NCBI GenBank assembly: GCA_037139575.1
Contig: JBAXGD010000002.1
Span: 66 to 64,065 of the forward strand
Length of the DNA: 64,000 bases
Source of the DNA: a bacterium
Lineage (GTDB): Bacteria; Patescibacteriota; Saccharimonadia; Saccharimonadales; UBA4665
Direction of reading: 5' to 3'
Position numbers and translations under genes: made by a program
The notes under the pieces: model-generated
The model's input: the letters and a program-made list of their open reading frames with translations, nothing else
Database searches by the model: none
What the model was told of the DNA's origin: nothing
Shown here: positions 1-7,345 of the stretch, piece after piece
Position numbering within the stretch: position 1 is the stretch's first letter
Layout: every line of letters begins with the position of its first letter

Positions 1-251
1 AGAAACTTCAGTTTAGCTAAGGCCCAAACTTCAGTTGGCTGTTCTCTGCCCCATGGAAACGCGAAGAATCCTGTAAAGAGGGATATGGGAAGAAAGACAA
101 AAAGCAGAAAGCTTGCATGTTTGATATATACGATGTAGCTTAGGTAAAGAAAACCTGCTGTCACACAGGCGAAAATAAACTGAACTGCAGAAAGAGGGCC
201 AATTAATTTGTCCTCTGCCTCTATGTCTTGAATTACTTTATATGTTGCCAT
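1..251 (-). CDS. PrgI-family (VirB3-like) T4SS membrane protein, N-terminal part; the gene continues past the window edge
   Basis: Not in the ORF track because it is open at the edge. A reverse-strand ATG at 251-249 reads MATYKVIQDIEAEDKLIGPLSAVQFIFACVTAGFLYLSYIVYIKHASFLLFVFLPISLFTGFFAFPWGREQPTEVWALAKLKF with no stop down to position 1. The YKVxxDxExEDKLxGPxSxxQF opening followed by two hydrophobic helices is typical of PrgI-family proteins. It starts 7 nt after the stop of the VirB6-like gene. Confidence 0.5.
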   Translation of the reverse strand, partial: MATYKVIQDIEAEDKLIGPLSAVQFIFACVTAGFLYLSYIVYIKHASFLLFVFLPISLFTGFFAFPWGREQPTEVWALAKLKF

Positions 252-257
252 AATTAA

Positions 258-2564
258 CTAAGGTGCCGGTAACCTCGCTGTGGCCACCGCATTAGCATAA
301 TCTGCATTACCAGGAGTAGTAGCCCAGGCCATATATGGATTCACACCTCCTCCCAGTCCAGTTACTCTTGTGTTAATATCATCAAGTGCTTGCTGGGCTG
401 AAGTTCTTTGATCCGGAGATGCTGTTGGACTGTTGATGACTCCGTTCAGTTCAGTTATGGTTCTTGCAAGCACAGGGAATGCTAAGGGATCGGCGAGAGC
501 AGCATTAACAGCGTCCTGTCCTTGAGCTATATAAGCAGACCCCCTGTTATTGGCATATGCATTTCTGTCTTGTCTGTTAATTCCAGCGGTAGCATTATAG
601 CCCTCATCAGTGTTGTTTAGATGACCAAATCCTGCAGCACCTAGTACTCCTTTTGCAACAATAAGTTTTTGACTAGCATTTCCAAAATTGGGGTCACCCT
701 CATCGAGCTGTAGTCTCCCGGATGCTGCATCTACTGTTGTTCCGCAACCAGAAGCTCTTGCAGCTTCACGAACCAATTTGTCGTGTACTGCTCCACCTTC
801 ATATCTGCCTCGCAAATTCGCCAACTGTGCCGTGGCAGCATCTCTATTAGCAACAGTGTCGGTTCGATCAAAAACAGTTCTTCCGTTTTGCTGTACTGTT
901 CGGCAGCCAGTGGCATCAGCCGCCATTTGCGTCCAATTATCAACCTCTGCCTCAGAAGCTGAGCCGTATCCGTATGCTGCTTCAACATTTTGAGTTCGGA
1001 ATACTTCACCCATCCCCGCAGTCTGCCTAATTTGCCTGGCGGCTGCGACTGAAGAAGCGCCCCTGCCGCCGTCTCTTGCAGCTATTTCTGCTAATTCAGC
1101 CTCACCTTGTTCGCGCGTTATTTGACGACTAGCCATTGCAGCAAGAACCATCCCTGCTTCATTATAGTTAGCATTTCCTCTGTTGGCTGCGTTAATAGGA
1201 TTGTTTGCTATTTGAGCCGCAGCATGGGCCGAAGTCATAGCCGCTTTCCTTTCTTCGACTGCAACACTTGCAGCATCAGCAGCTTCTGCTCGAGTACCAC
1301 CGCTTCTTCTGGAGGATCTATAAGCCCTTAATCTTCTAGAGTATGAGCCAACTGTTAAGTTTGAATTTTCTCGTTCGTTATTCATATTGGCTCTAGCCCT
1401 ATTTATTCGACTATTCGGATCATTCCTGTCTCCTTGAATTCCATGAGTGAGCCTATTACCCATAGTTCTCACCCCATTGGCGACGTTTCCTATTACGCCT
1501 CCGGCCATCCTAAAACCAAAAGGAATTAGGAAAAGAGGAGCTGCGATAGCAACAATAGCCATCAACTTTGTTCCGCCGAGCGTACTTGTTGCTCCAAGGT
1601 GACTAAATATTATTCCCATAACTTGAGACATGCATATAAGAAGAACGATTACTGGATAAACCACAAGAGTTCTTAGTAGAAGATTCCACCACCTCTTAAA
1701 CAAGGCTTCAGTGTTTGGTAGGCAGTATAGAGCAAATGCGATTGGCGATGTCATCACCAAAAGAACAAGTAATCCTTGTCTTACCATTAAGGTTATTAAA
1801 ACTCCAAGTATTGCAATTAGAACCGGCACCACAACAGCCAGCACCAGATATAGCCCCACTGAAGCGAATAGGTTCGCCGTTAAAAGGCCTGCTAACCCCG
1901 CAAGGGTAACAGCACCAGCTACTGCGGCAGTTCCACCCGTAATGGCTACTGTGAAGAGAGAAGATGTAGTTCCCCCTATGTCTAATTTCCATGCATCGCC
2001 GAAGGGTGACTTTATAAGATTATAAAGCCCGGCCCCTAAAATATTAAATACATCTTCAAGGACAGCAACAATATATATAGATAAGTTGATCAATATGACC
2101 GCAACAATAACCCTCGGCAGCATTTTTTTTATCGTATAGTTCGCAACCGCTCCTCCGCCGGCTATCTCTACTATAATTGCTATCAGAAGTGCAACTATAA
2201 GGACTAAATTCCCATATATTCTAAAACTAGACCACACCTGAAAAGTACAGCCAGTAGTGGTTTGCTGATTACAGTTTCCTGAAAAAGGAATTATAGGAGT
2301 TTTTAGTAACGCAAATACAAAGTTTTCAATTTCTTTTTCGCCATTAACTACACCATTAATTACAGGACACATAACCCAGGTAAGTGGATTCCAGTTGCTT
2401 CCACCATCACAGGGGATTGAATCATCCGCAGCCAATATGACACTATTCGGAATACTTATAGTAGCTGCTGAAGTTTTTTGTTGAGGTGCAATAACAAGAA
2501 AATACGATAGAAACAAAATAATTGTCATTATTGCTGAAATTGATTTAAATTTTTTTAAAGCCAT
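258..2564 (-). CDS. Polytopic membrane protein, TrbL/VirB6-like N-terminal half with a ~390-aa hydrophilic C-terminal extension
   Basis: 768-aa ORF. It has an N-terminal signal/anchor (MALKKFKSISAIMTIILFLSYFLVIAPQQKTSA), a Cys-containing ectodomain, about 7-8 hydrophobic helices (residues ~115-370), then an Ala/Gly/Asn/Arg-rich soluble tail. It is immediately followed by the PrgI-like gene and faces the pilin array. Confidence 0.55.
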   Translation of the reverse strand: MALKKFKSISAIMTIILFLSYFLVIAPQQKTSAATISIPNSVILAADDSIPCDGGSNWNPLTWVMCPVINGVVNGEKEIENFVFALLKTPIIPFSGNCNQQTTTGCTFQVWSSFRIYGNLVLIVALLIAIIVEIAGGGAVANYTIKKMLPRVIVAVILINLSIYIVAVLEDVFNILGAGLYNLIKSPFGDAWKLDIGGTTSSLFTVAITGGTAAVAGAVTLAGLAGLLTANLFASVGLYLVLAVVVPVLIAILGVLITLMVRQGLLVLLVMTSPIAFALYCLPNTEALFKRWWNLLLRTLVVYPVIVLLICMSQVMGIIFSHLGATSTLGGTKLMAIVAIAAPLFLIPFGFRMAGGVIGNVANGVRTMGNRLTHGIQGDRNDPNSRINRARANMNNERENSNLTVGSYSRRLRAYRSSRRSGGTRAEAADAASVAVEERKAAMTSAHAAAQIANNPINAANRGNANYNEAGMVLAAMASRQITREQGEAELAEIAARDGGRGASSVAAARQIRQTAGMGEVFRTQNVEAAYGYGSASEAEVDNWTQMAADATGCRTVQQNGRTVFDRTDTVANRDAATAQLANLRGRYEGGAVHDKLVREAARASGCGTTVDAASGRLQLDEGDPNFGNASQKLIVAKGVLGAAGFGHLNNTDEGYNATAGINRQDRNAYANNRGSAYIAQGQDAVNAALADPLAFPVLARTITELNGVINSPTASPDQRTSAQQALDDINTRVTGLGGGVNPYMAWATTPGNADYANAVATARLPAP

Positions 2565-2634
2565 TTACTTAAATTCTATACCATAACCATTGTTTTTTTA
2601 AGACTTAATAAATAAACTTGCTTAACCTGTTTTG

Positions 2635-2663
2635 TTGATTTAACTAAATCTTATATATATAGT
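2635..2663 (+). promoter_or_regulatory. Putative sigma70-type promoter of the pilin-like gene array
   Basis: TTGATT (2635-2640), 17-nt spacer, TATAGT (2658-2663), 8 nt before the ATG at 2672, in the divergent intergenic region. Confidence 0.35.
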
Positions 2664-2671
2664 ATCAATAA

Positions 2672-3169
2672 ATGAAGCATTTAAATAAATACAAAATACA
2701 AAAAAATAAGCCACTTTTGGCCGCAATACTAGTGATGGCTAGCATTGTTACCATATCGGCCATTTCAGTAGATAATGCATATGCTCGTGGCATACCTCAC
2801 CAATTATTTACCACTACTCAATCTAATACTAATTCTTGCCAACCTTCAAATCCCAGCGGTGCACCAAAGTGCTGTGGTGAAGGCGGAAATGCCGTTGAAA
2901 CTTCTATAGATCTTGGCTGTACTGGCAAGGGTAATCCAATACTAGATATGTTATTTGCTGCAATAAGATTCTTATCAGCGGGAGTAGGAGTTGTGGTTGT
3001 CTTCTCGACCATTCTCGCAGGTATTCAATACACCACATCCAGAGACAATCCAGAATCTACGCAAAAAGCTAAAGGAAGATTGGTCTCCAACGTCATAGCT
3101 TTGGTCGTTTTTGTATTTGCGTTTTCGCTTCTAAACTTCCTAATCCCAGGAGGGTTCTTTAACGGATGA
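2672..3169 (+). CDS. T4SS pilin-like protein, paralog 1 (TrbC/VirB2-like two-helix hairpin)
   Basis: Signal peptide ending NAYA, a variable segment with 4 Cys, then a C-terminal hairpin (LSAGVGVVVVFSTILAGIQYTTSRDNPESTQKAKGRLVSNVIALVVFVFAF) that aligns with the five downstream ORFs. Its TGA stop overlaps the next ATG. Confidence 0.7.
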   Translation: MKHLNKYKIQKNKPLLAAILVMASIVTISAISVDNAYARGIPHQLFTTTQSNTNSCQPSNPSGAPKCCGEGGNAVETSIDLGCTGKGNPILDMLFAAIRFLSAGVGVVVVFSTILAGIQYTTSRDNPESTQKAKGRLVSNVIALVVFVFAFSLLNFLIPGGFFNG

Positions 3170-3528
3170 TAGCTCACATATTTAACATTTTTGCATCAGA
3201 CTGCGCTTTCAAAGGAGGAGCGTTTCTAACTCTGCCCCATTGGTATCAATATTTAGATGGAAGTTCCGCAGGCGGTGCTTGCGTGCCGGTAATACATAAG
3301 CTTACTGATATATGGCTAATTTTACTTGCGGTAATAGACATGCTTCTTCAGCTGGTAGCATTCATAGCAATTATTATTGTTATTTATGGGGGTGTACAGC
3401 TTCTAAGCAGTCAGGGACAACCAGATAAGGTTGCTAGGGCTAGGACAACTATCATAAACGCCCTTGTGGGAGTTGCTATTTCCATCAGCGCCGCCGGAAT
3501 GATTGCATTCTTAGTGGGGCAGCTATGA
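3166..3528 (+). CDS. T4SS pilin-like protein, paralog 2 (no obvious cleavable signal peptide)
   Basis: Two Cys (C13, C39), then a hairpin (LVAFIAIIIVIYGGVQLLSSQGQPDKVARARTTIINALVGVAISISAAG). It has ATGA overlaps with both neighbours, suggesting translational coupling. Confidence 0.65.
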   Translation: MIAHIFNIFASDCAFKGGAFLTLPHWYQYLDGSSAGGACVPVIHKLTDIWLILLAVIDMLLQLVAFIAIIIVIYGGVQLLSSQGQPDKVARARTTIINALVGVAISISAAGMIAFLVGQL

Positions 3529-3851
3529 TTAGTTTGCTCAGGCAATTTGCAGCTAATAGTAGCAGGGTTAATATTCCTGGAAATCAGTGCAGTGGAACCT
3601 GTAGCGACACTGGACTGCCCGGAAGTGCAGTTACAAACGGGACTATCTCTAATCTCCTTCAAATTGCTTTTGGTATTATCGGTGCCGTCGCAGTACTTTA
3701 TATTGTTATAGCTGCACTTCAATTAATTACATCAGGAGGCAACCCTGAATCTGCTAAGAAGGCCAGAGAAACTATAATATACGCTGTCATTGGTTTAATT
3801 GTCGCAGTTAGTGCCGAAGCAATCGTAACCTTCTTTTTAAATAACCTATAG
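3525..3851 (+). CDS. T4SS pilin-like protein, paralog 3
   Basis: CSGTC pair, then a hairpin (FGIIGAVAVLYIVIAALQLITSGGNPESAKKARETIIYAVIGLIVAVSAEAIV). Confidence 0.65.
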   Translation: MISLLRQFAANSSRVNIPGNQCSGTCSDTGLPGSAVTNGTISNLLQIAFGIIGAVAVLYIVIAALQLITSGGNPESAKKARETIIYAVIGLIVAVSAEAIVTFFLNNL

Positions 3852-3853
3852 AT

Positions 3854-4243
3854 ATGAAAAAAATACTCACATCACTACTGCTACTAATCACAATAATAAG
3901 CTTTTCTCAGAGTGTTTTTGCAGCAAGCTATAGTGGCCTGAAAGATACGTGTAATAGCGCGACTTATCAGCGTGGCAGTAAGCCAAGCGTATGTAAGGAC
4001 GCCAATGCCTCGTCTTCAAATCCAGCCTATGGAATATTCAAATCGGTACTCAATATACTTTCCTATGCAGTCGGAGCTATATCTGTGATTGTTATAATCA
4101 TAGCTGGTCTAAGGTTAGTTTTGTCTGGAGGCGATCCACAAACACTGACTTCGGCTAGGAATGCCATAATATATGCCGCCATTGGAATAGTGGTGTTTGC
4201 TCTTTCCCAGTCTATAGTGGTGTTTGCTCTAAAAAATGTTTAA
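3854..4243 (+). CDS. T4SS pilin-like protein, paralog 4
   Basis: Signal peptide (MKKILTSLLLLITIISFSQSVFA), C-x13-C pair, hairpin (LSYAVGAISVIVIIIAGLRLVLSGGDPQTLTSARNAIIYAAIGIVVFALSQSIV). Confidence 0.7.
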   Translation: MKKILTSLLLLITIISFSQSVFAASYSGLKDTCNSATYQRGSKPSVCKDANASSSNPAYGIFKSVLNILSYAVGAISVIVIIIAGLRLVLSGGDPQTLTSARNAIIYAAIGIVVFALSQSIVVFALKNV

Positions 4244-4255
4244 TGAAGGGATAAT

Positions 4256-4729
4256 ATGAATAAAAAGATAAAGATAAAACAAATATTTGCGACTACTCTT
4301 GTAATGTTGTTAATTATTGGGGGTATTTTTGGTTCCTCTGTGTTTGCTTATAGCGGCAGTTCAAACGAGAATAATTCCTCTGTTTTATTTGCTGCTGCAC
4401 CTCCAGCTGGCAACTCTGCATTTTCGGGCTCAAAGGATTCGGTTTGTAACGGTGTGGGCCTTGGAGGAAATGCATGTTCGTCAGACTCAAATGGATCAAG
4501 CAGTATAAATAAGATAATAACTAACGTTCTAAACATACTTTCCTATATTGTGGGAATTGCTGCAGTATTTGTGCTAATTATAAGCGGAATTAGGATGATT
4601 GCTTCCGGAGGAGACTCGAATTCATTTAATAGCGCAAAAAATGGAATCTTATACGCAATTATTGGCCTGGTGATTGTAGCTACTTCACAGATAATTGTCC
4701 AATATGTATTAAAAAATGCAACTAGTTAA
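4256..4729 (+). CDS. T4SS pilin-like protein, paralog 5
   Basis: Signal peptide, Ser/Asn/Gly-rich variable region with a C-x9-C pair, hairpin (LSYIVGIAAVFVLIISGIRMIASGGDSNSFNSAKNGILYAIIGLVIVATSQIIV). Confidence 0.7.
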   Translation: MNKKIKIKQIFATTLVMLLIIGGIFGSSVFAYSGSSNENNSSVLFAAAPPAGNSAFSGSKDSVCNGVGLGGNACSSDSNGSSSINKIITNVLNILSYIVGIAAVFVLIISGIRMIASGGDSNSFNSAKNGILYAIIGLVIVATSQIIVQYVLKNATS

Positions 4730-4805
4730 AAGCTATTGTTTAAATAAATTTTTTATTGTTATATAATGCTAGTAAGAAATTTTAAGTAATCGAAAGGTAA
4801 TATAA

Positions 4806-5255
4806 ATGTTTAAAAAATTAAAAAAGAACGTATACATGTTGTCAGCAGCTATTGCGCTACTGATGCCGCTTGGCTTTGGCGTAGCAACAACATATGCAGC
4901 AAGTGGTGGAGCTTTTGATGTCCGAAACAGCTTACAAAACCAGGGTTGTGCAGGATCACAGGCTCAGGTTGGCGGTAGTTCTGGTGCCTGTACAGGAAAC
5001 CAGGCCGCAGATAGCTTAAGCACACTTGTAAAAAATATTCTTAATGTTTTTTCATGGGTTGTGGGAATAGTCGCAGTAATTATGATTATTATTGCAGGAT
5101 TCAGGTATATCGTGTCTGGCGGTGAATCTGGCGGCGTAACTGGAGCTAAGAACGCAATTTTATTCGCAATAGTCGGTATTGTTATCGTAGCTATTGCACA
5201 GATTATCGTGCAGTTCGTTCTTACCAAGGCAACCGCAACCTCAGTTGGCCAATAA
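4806..5255 (+). CDS. T4SS pilin-like protein, paralog 6
   Basis: Signal peptide ending TTYA, C-x13-C pair, hairpin (FSWVVGIVAVIMIIIAGFRYIVSGGESGGVTGAKNAILFAIVGIVIVAIAQIIV). It is separated from paralog 5 by a 76-nt AT-rich spacer, so it may have its own promoter. Confidence 0.7.
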   Translation: MFKKLKKNVYMLSAAIALLMPLGFGVATTYAASGGAFDVRNSLQNQGCAGSQAQVGGSSGACTGNQAADSLSTLVKNILNVFSWVVGIVAVIMIIIAGFRYIVSGGESGGVTGAKNAILFAIVGIVIVAIAQIIVQFVLTKATATSVGQ

Positions 5256-5274
5256 ATAATAACTAGATTAATTT

Positions 5275-5304
5275 AAAAGAGCTCATTTTCATGAGCTCTT
5301 TTTT
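5275..5304. terminator. Bidirectional intrinsic terminator between the pilin array and the hsp20 gene
   Basis: AAAAGAGCTCAT (5275-5286), loop TTTC, ATGAGCTCTTTT (5291-5302). This is a 12-bp perfect stem flanked by an A-run and a T-run, between convergent genes. Confidence 0.65.
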
Positions 5305-5320
5305 GGTAGACACTTTTTAT

Positions 5321-5794
5321 CTATAAGATCTGAATCTTCTTAACAGTATCTTGTTTGATTTTATCAAAGCTAATTGTAAGGACTCCGTCCTTAAGCTGTG
5401 CCTGAATATCATCTTCCTTTACGGGAACAGGAAGCGCTAGGCTTCTTGAGAATTCACCCCAGTAACATTCTTGGACGAAGTAGTTTTCAACATCATCCTC
5501 GTTACCAGCAGAAAGAGTTCCTCTAATACTTAGAGTATTATCTGAAATACTAACATCAAGATCGCTCTTGTTTACGCCAGCAGTTCTTGCCTTTACGACT
5601 AATTTTTCACGGGTCTCATAGACGTCTACTGCCAGTTGTCCTGGTAATGCGTCTTCTTCGTCCCATTCTTCATTGATAGCTTCTGGTGCCCCACTAGGTT
5701 GAGTTTCTGCCGATGAATCATCGTCGCCTAAAAATGCTGCAGTTAGCTCGTCCTCTTCCATCAAAAGGTCATCGTCGCGTTTATTTCGCGCCAT
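5321..5794 (-). CDS. Hsp20/alpha-crystallin family small heat-shock protein
   Basis: Alpha-crystallin domain (LAVDVYETREKLVVKARTAGVNKSDLDVSISDNTLSIRGT...GEFSRSLALPVPVKEDDIQAQLKDGVLTISFDK). The ORF opens at 5809, but GGAGGG (reverse complement of 5802-5807) sits 7 nt before the ATG at 5794 (MARNKRDD), so I prefer that start. Confidence 0.85.
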   Translation of the reverse strand: MARNKRDDDLLMEEDELTAAFLGDDDSSAETQPSGAPEAINEEWDEEDALPGQLAVDVYETREKLVVKARTAGVNKSDLDVSISDNTLSIRGTLSAGNEDDVENYFVQECYWGEFSRSLALPVPVKEDDIQAQLKDGVLTISFDKIKQDTVKKIQIL

Positions 5795-5853
5795 ATTGTT
5801 ACCCTCCATTGATTAATCTTTTTTCGGCTATACTATTTTTTGTATTAACTATC

Positions 5854-5886
5854 AGTATAGTCACATTGCATTCTTCTTGCAAGAAG
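5854..5886 (-). promoter_or_regulatory. Putative hsp20 promoter with a 14-bp perfect palindrome over the -35 box
   Basis: On the minus strand: TTGCAA (5882-5877), 17 nt, TATACT (5859-5854). The palindrome CTTCTTGCAAGAAG at 5873-5886 is centred on the -35 hexamer. Confidence 0.4.
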
Positions 5887-5982
5887 CCAGGCTTAGATTT
5901 ACAACACAATAATTACAACAACTCCCATTTTATAATTTTATAGATGAAAAATTTAAATTTCTTGATATAATCAATCTGTATT

Positions 5983-6072
5983 GGAAGGGTCGCATAGCGG
6001 TCGAGTGCACCTGTCTTGAAAACAGGAGTACCGGAAACGGTACCGTGGGTTCGAATCCCACCCCTTCCGCCA
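5983..6072 (+). tRNA. tRNA-Ser (anticodon TGA), long variable arm, CCA encoded
   Basis: Hand fold: acceptor GGAAGGG/CCCTTCC, anticodon stem-loop CTGTC-TTGAAAA-CAGG region with loop cTTGAaa, long extra arm (GTACCGGAAACGGTAC), T arm GTGGG-TTCGAAT-CCCAC, discriminator G plus CCA. Confidence 0.85.
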
Positions 6073-6081
6073 ATAGACCGC

Positions 6082-6174
6082 GGAGAGATACCCAAGTGGC
6101 TGAAGGGGACGGTTTGCTAAATCGTTAGGGGGGCGAAAGTTCCCGCGAGGGTTCGAATCCCTCTCTCTCCGCCA
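6082..6174 (+). tRNA. tRNA-Ser (anticodon GCT), long variable arm, CCA encoded
   Basis: Acceptor GGAGAGA/TCTCTCC, anticodon arm ACGGT-TTGCTAA-ATCGT, long extra arm, T arm GAGGG-TTCGAAT-CCCTC, G plus CCA. It lies 9 nt downstream of the preceding tRNA. Confidence 0.85.
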
Positions 6175-6188
6175 CAATACTTTTTAGA

Positions 6189-7304
6189 ATGTTTAAAATC
6201 GTAAAAAATATTAAATTTAATAGATATAGCGAGCATCAATCGTTTATACCTAAAAAAGAAATTCCACTAGCCCTTATTATGACTATAGGGCTAATTTTAT
6301 TTAGCATACTAATATGCCTAACTACTTGTCGATATATGATCCTGAACTCAACTGACCATGCAAGATATTTGCTAGAGCCCAATAACAAGCTCAGTGGCTT
6401 TGCCAACTGGGATGGTGTTAGATATCTATTTATTGCTCAGCATGGCTATAACGAAAGTTTCGTGACCGGATTTTTTCCGCTATACCCAATATTAATCTCT
6501 ATAATTACGAAAATCACTGGATCATATTTCTTTAGTGGTATTCTAATATCCTGGACATCATTGTTTGGAGTAGTTTACTTTTACATTAAGATAGTTAAAA
6601 AATTATTTAAAAAAATTACTCCTCAGGAGTCAATTAGAGCGGTCTTATATTTTCTGTTGTTCCCTTCGGCAATCTATCTTTTGTTTATTTATACCGAAAG
6701 TCTATTTGCTTTGCTTGCCCTGTCGTCAATTTACTTTGCGCTAGATAAAAAATATCTTAAGTCTTCGCTATTGGTCGCTCTAGCAACTGCAACACACATA
6801 AGGGGCGCTTTTTTGGTTATATTAATCGGATCCATACTTTTAGAGCAAAAAGTTAAAATATGGAAAATTATATTGTCTATGGCAATTGGCTCAATTGGAC
6901 TGATTACTTACATGGGGTATTTATACAATAATTTTGGCAGCCCAATTGAATTTCTTAAAGCCCAAGAAGTTCATGGCTGGCTTCATCAAAGCATCTTCAG
7001 CCAAATTTGGGCCATCAATACTGTTGAATGGTTCATGATAGTGGGCCTTATTTGTTCGATTATTTATTGGTGGAAGAGGCGAAGAAGTTTTTCTCTCTAC
7101 TCTGCCTTATTTTTGCTCATACCTTTAATAGGTGGCCAATTTGGCGGATTCCCAAGATATGCATTAATGGCCTTCCCTATCCAGCTTATGATTTTTAGCT
7201 ACACAAGAAATAAAAAAATTCTAGCTTGGATAATAGTTGGAATATTTGCTTTTCTTTGGGCTTGGTTTCTAATATTGTTCACTGCCGGATACGTAGTTAG
7301 CTAG
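6189..7304 (+). CDS. GT-C-type integral membrane glycosyltransferase (PIG-V / mannosyltransferase-like)
   Basis: 371 aa with about 9-10 TM helices. The first extracytoplasmic loop carries NWDGVRYLFIAQHGY, resembling the WDxxxYxxIAxxGY loop of PIG-V-like mannosyltransferases. The next gene encodes a GT2 polyprenyl-phosphate glycosyltransferase. Confidence 0.6.
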   Translation: MFKIVKNIKFNRYSEHQSFIPKKEIPLALIMTIGLILFSILICLTTCRYMILNSTDHARYLLEPNNKLSGFANWDGVRYLFIAQHGYNESFVTGFFPLYPILISIITKITGSYFFSGILISWTSLFGVVYFYIKIVKKLFKKITPQESIRAVLYFLLFPSAIYLLFIYTESLFALLALSSIYFALDKKYLKSSLLVALATATHIRGAFLVILIGSILLEQKVKIWKIILSMAIGSIGLITYMGYLYNNFGSPIEFLKAQEVHGWLHQSIFSQIWAINTVEWFMIVGLICSIIYWWKRRRSFSLYSALFLLIPLIGGQFGGFPRYALMAFPIQLMIFSYTRNKKILAWIIVGIFAFLWAWFLILFTAGYVVS

Positions 7305-7345
7305 CCTTACAGATAGAATTCAGGTTTTAAGGTATAATATATCTA

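Noticed and set aside
688-2025. Cluster of 64-104-aa ORFs on both strands inside the VirB6-like gene (688-993+, 731-1009-, 1107-1331+, 1708-1992-, 1711-2025+, 1715-1909+).
   Set aside because: They lie entirely within a 768-aa ORF that has coherent membrane-protein features. They have low-complexity or odd composition and are explained by the locally GC-rich, stop-poor sequence, so I treat them as shadow ORFs.
5913-6177. Minus-strand ORFs of 60 and 68 aa (5913-6095, 5971-6177).
   Set aside because: They overlap the two tRNA-Ser genes almost exactly. The Arg/Pro/Gly-rich translations are typical of reading through tRNA sequence.
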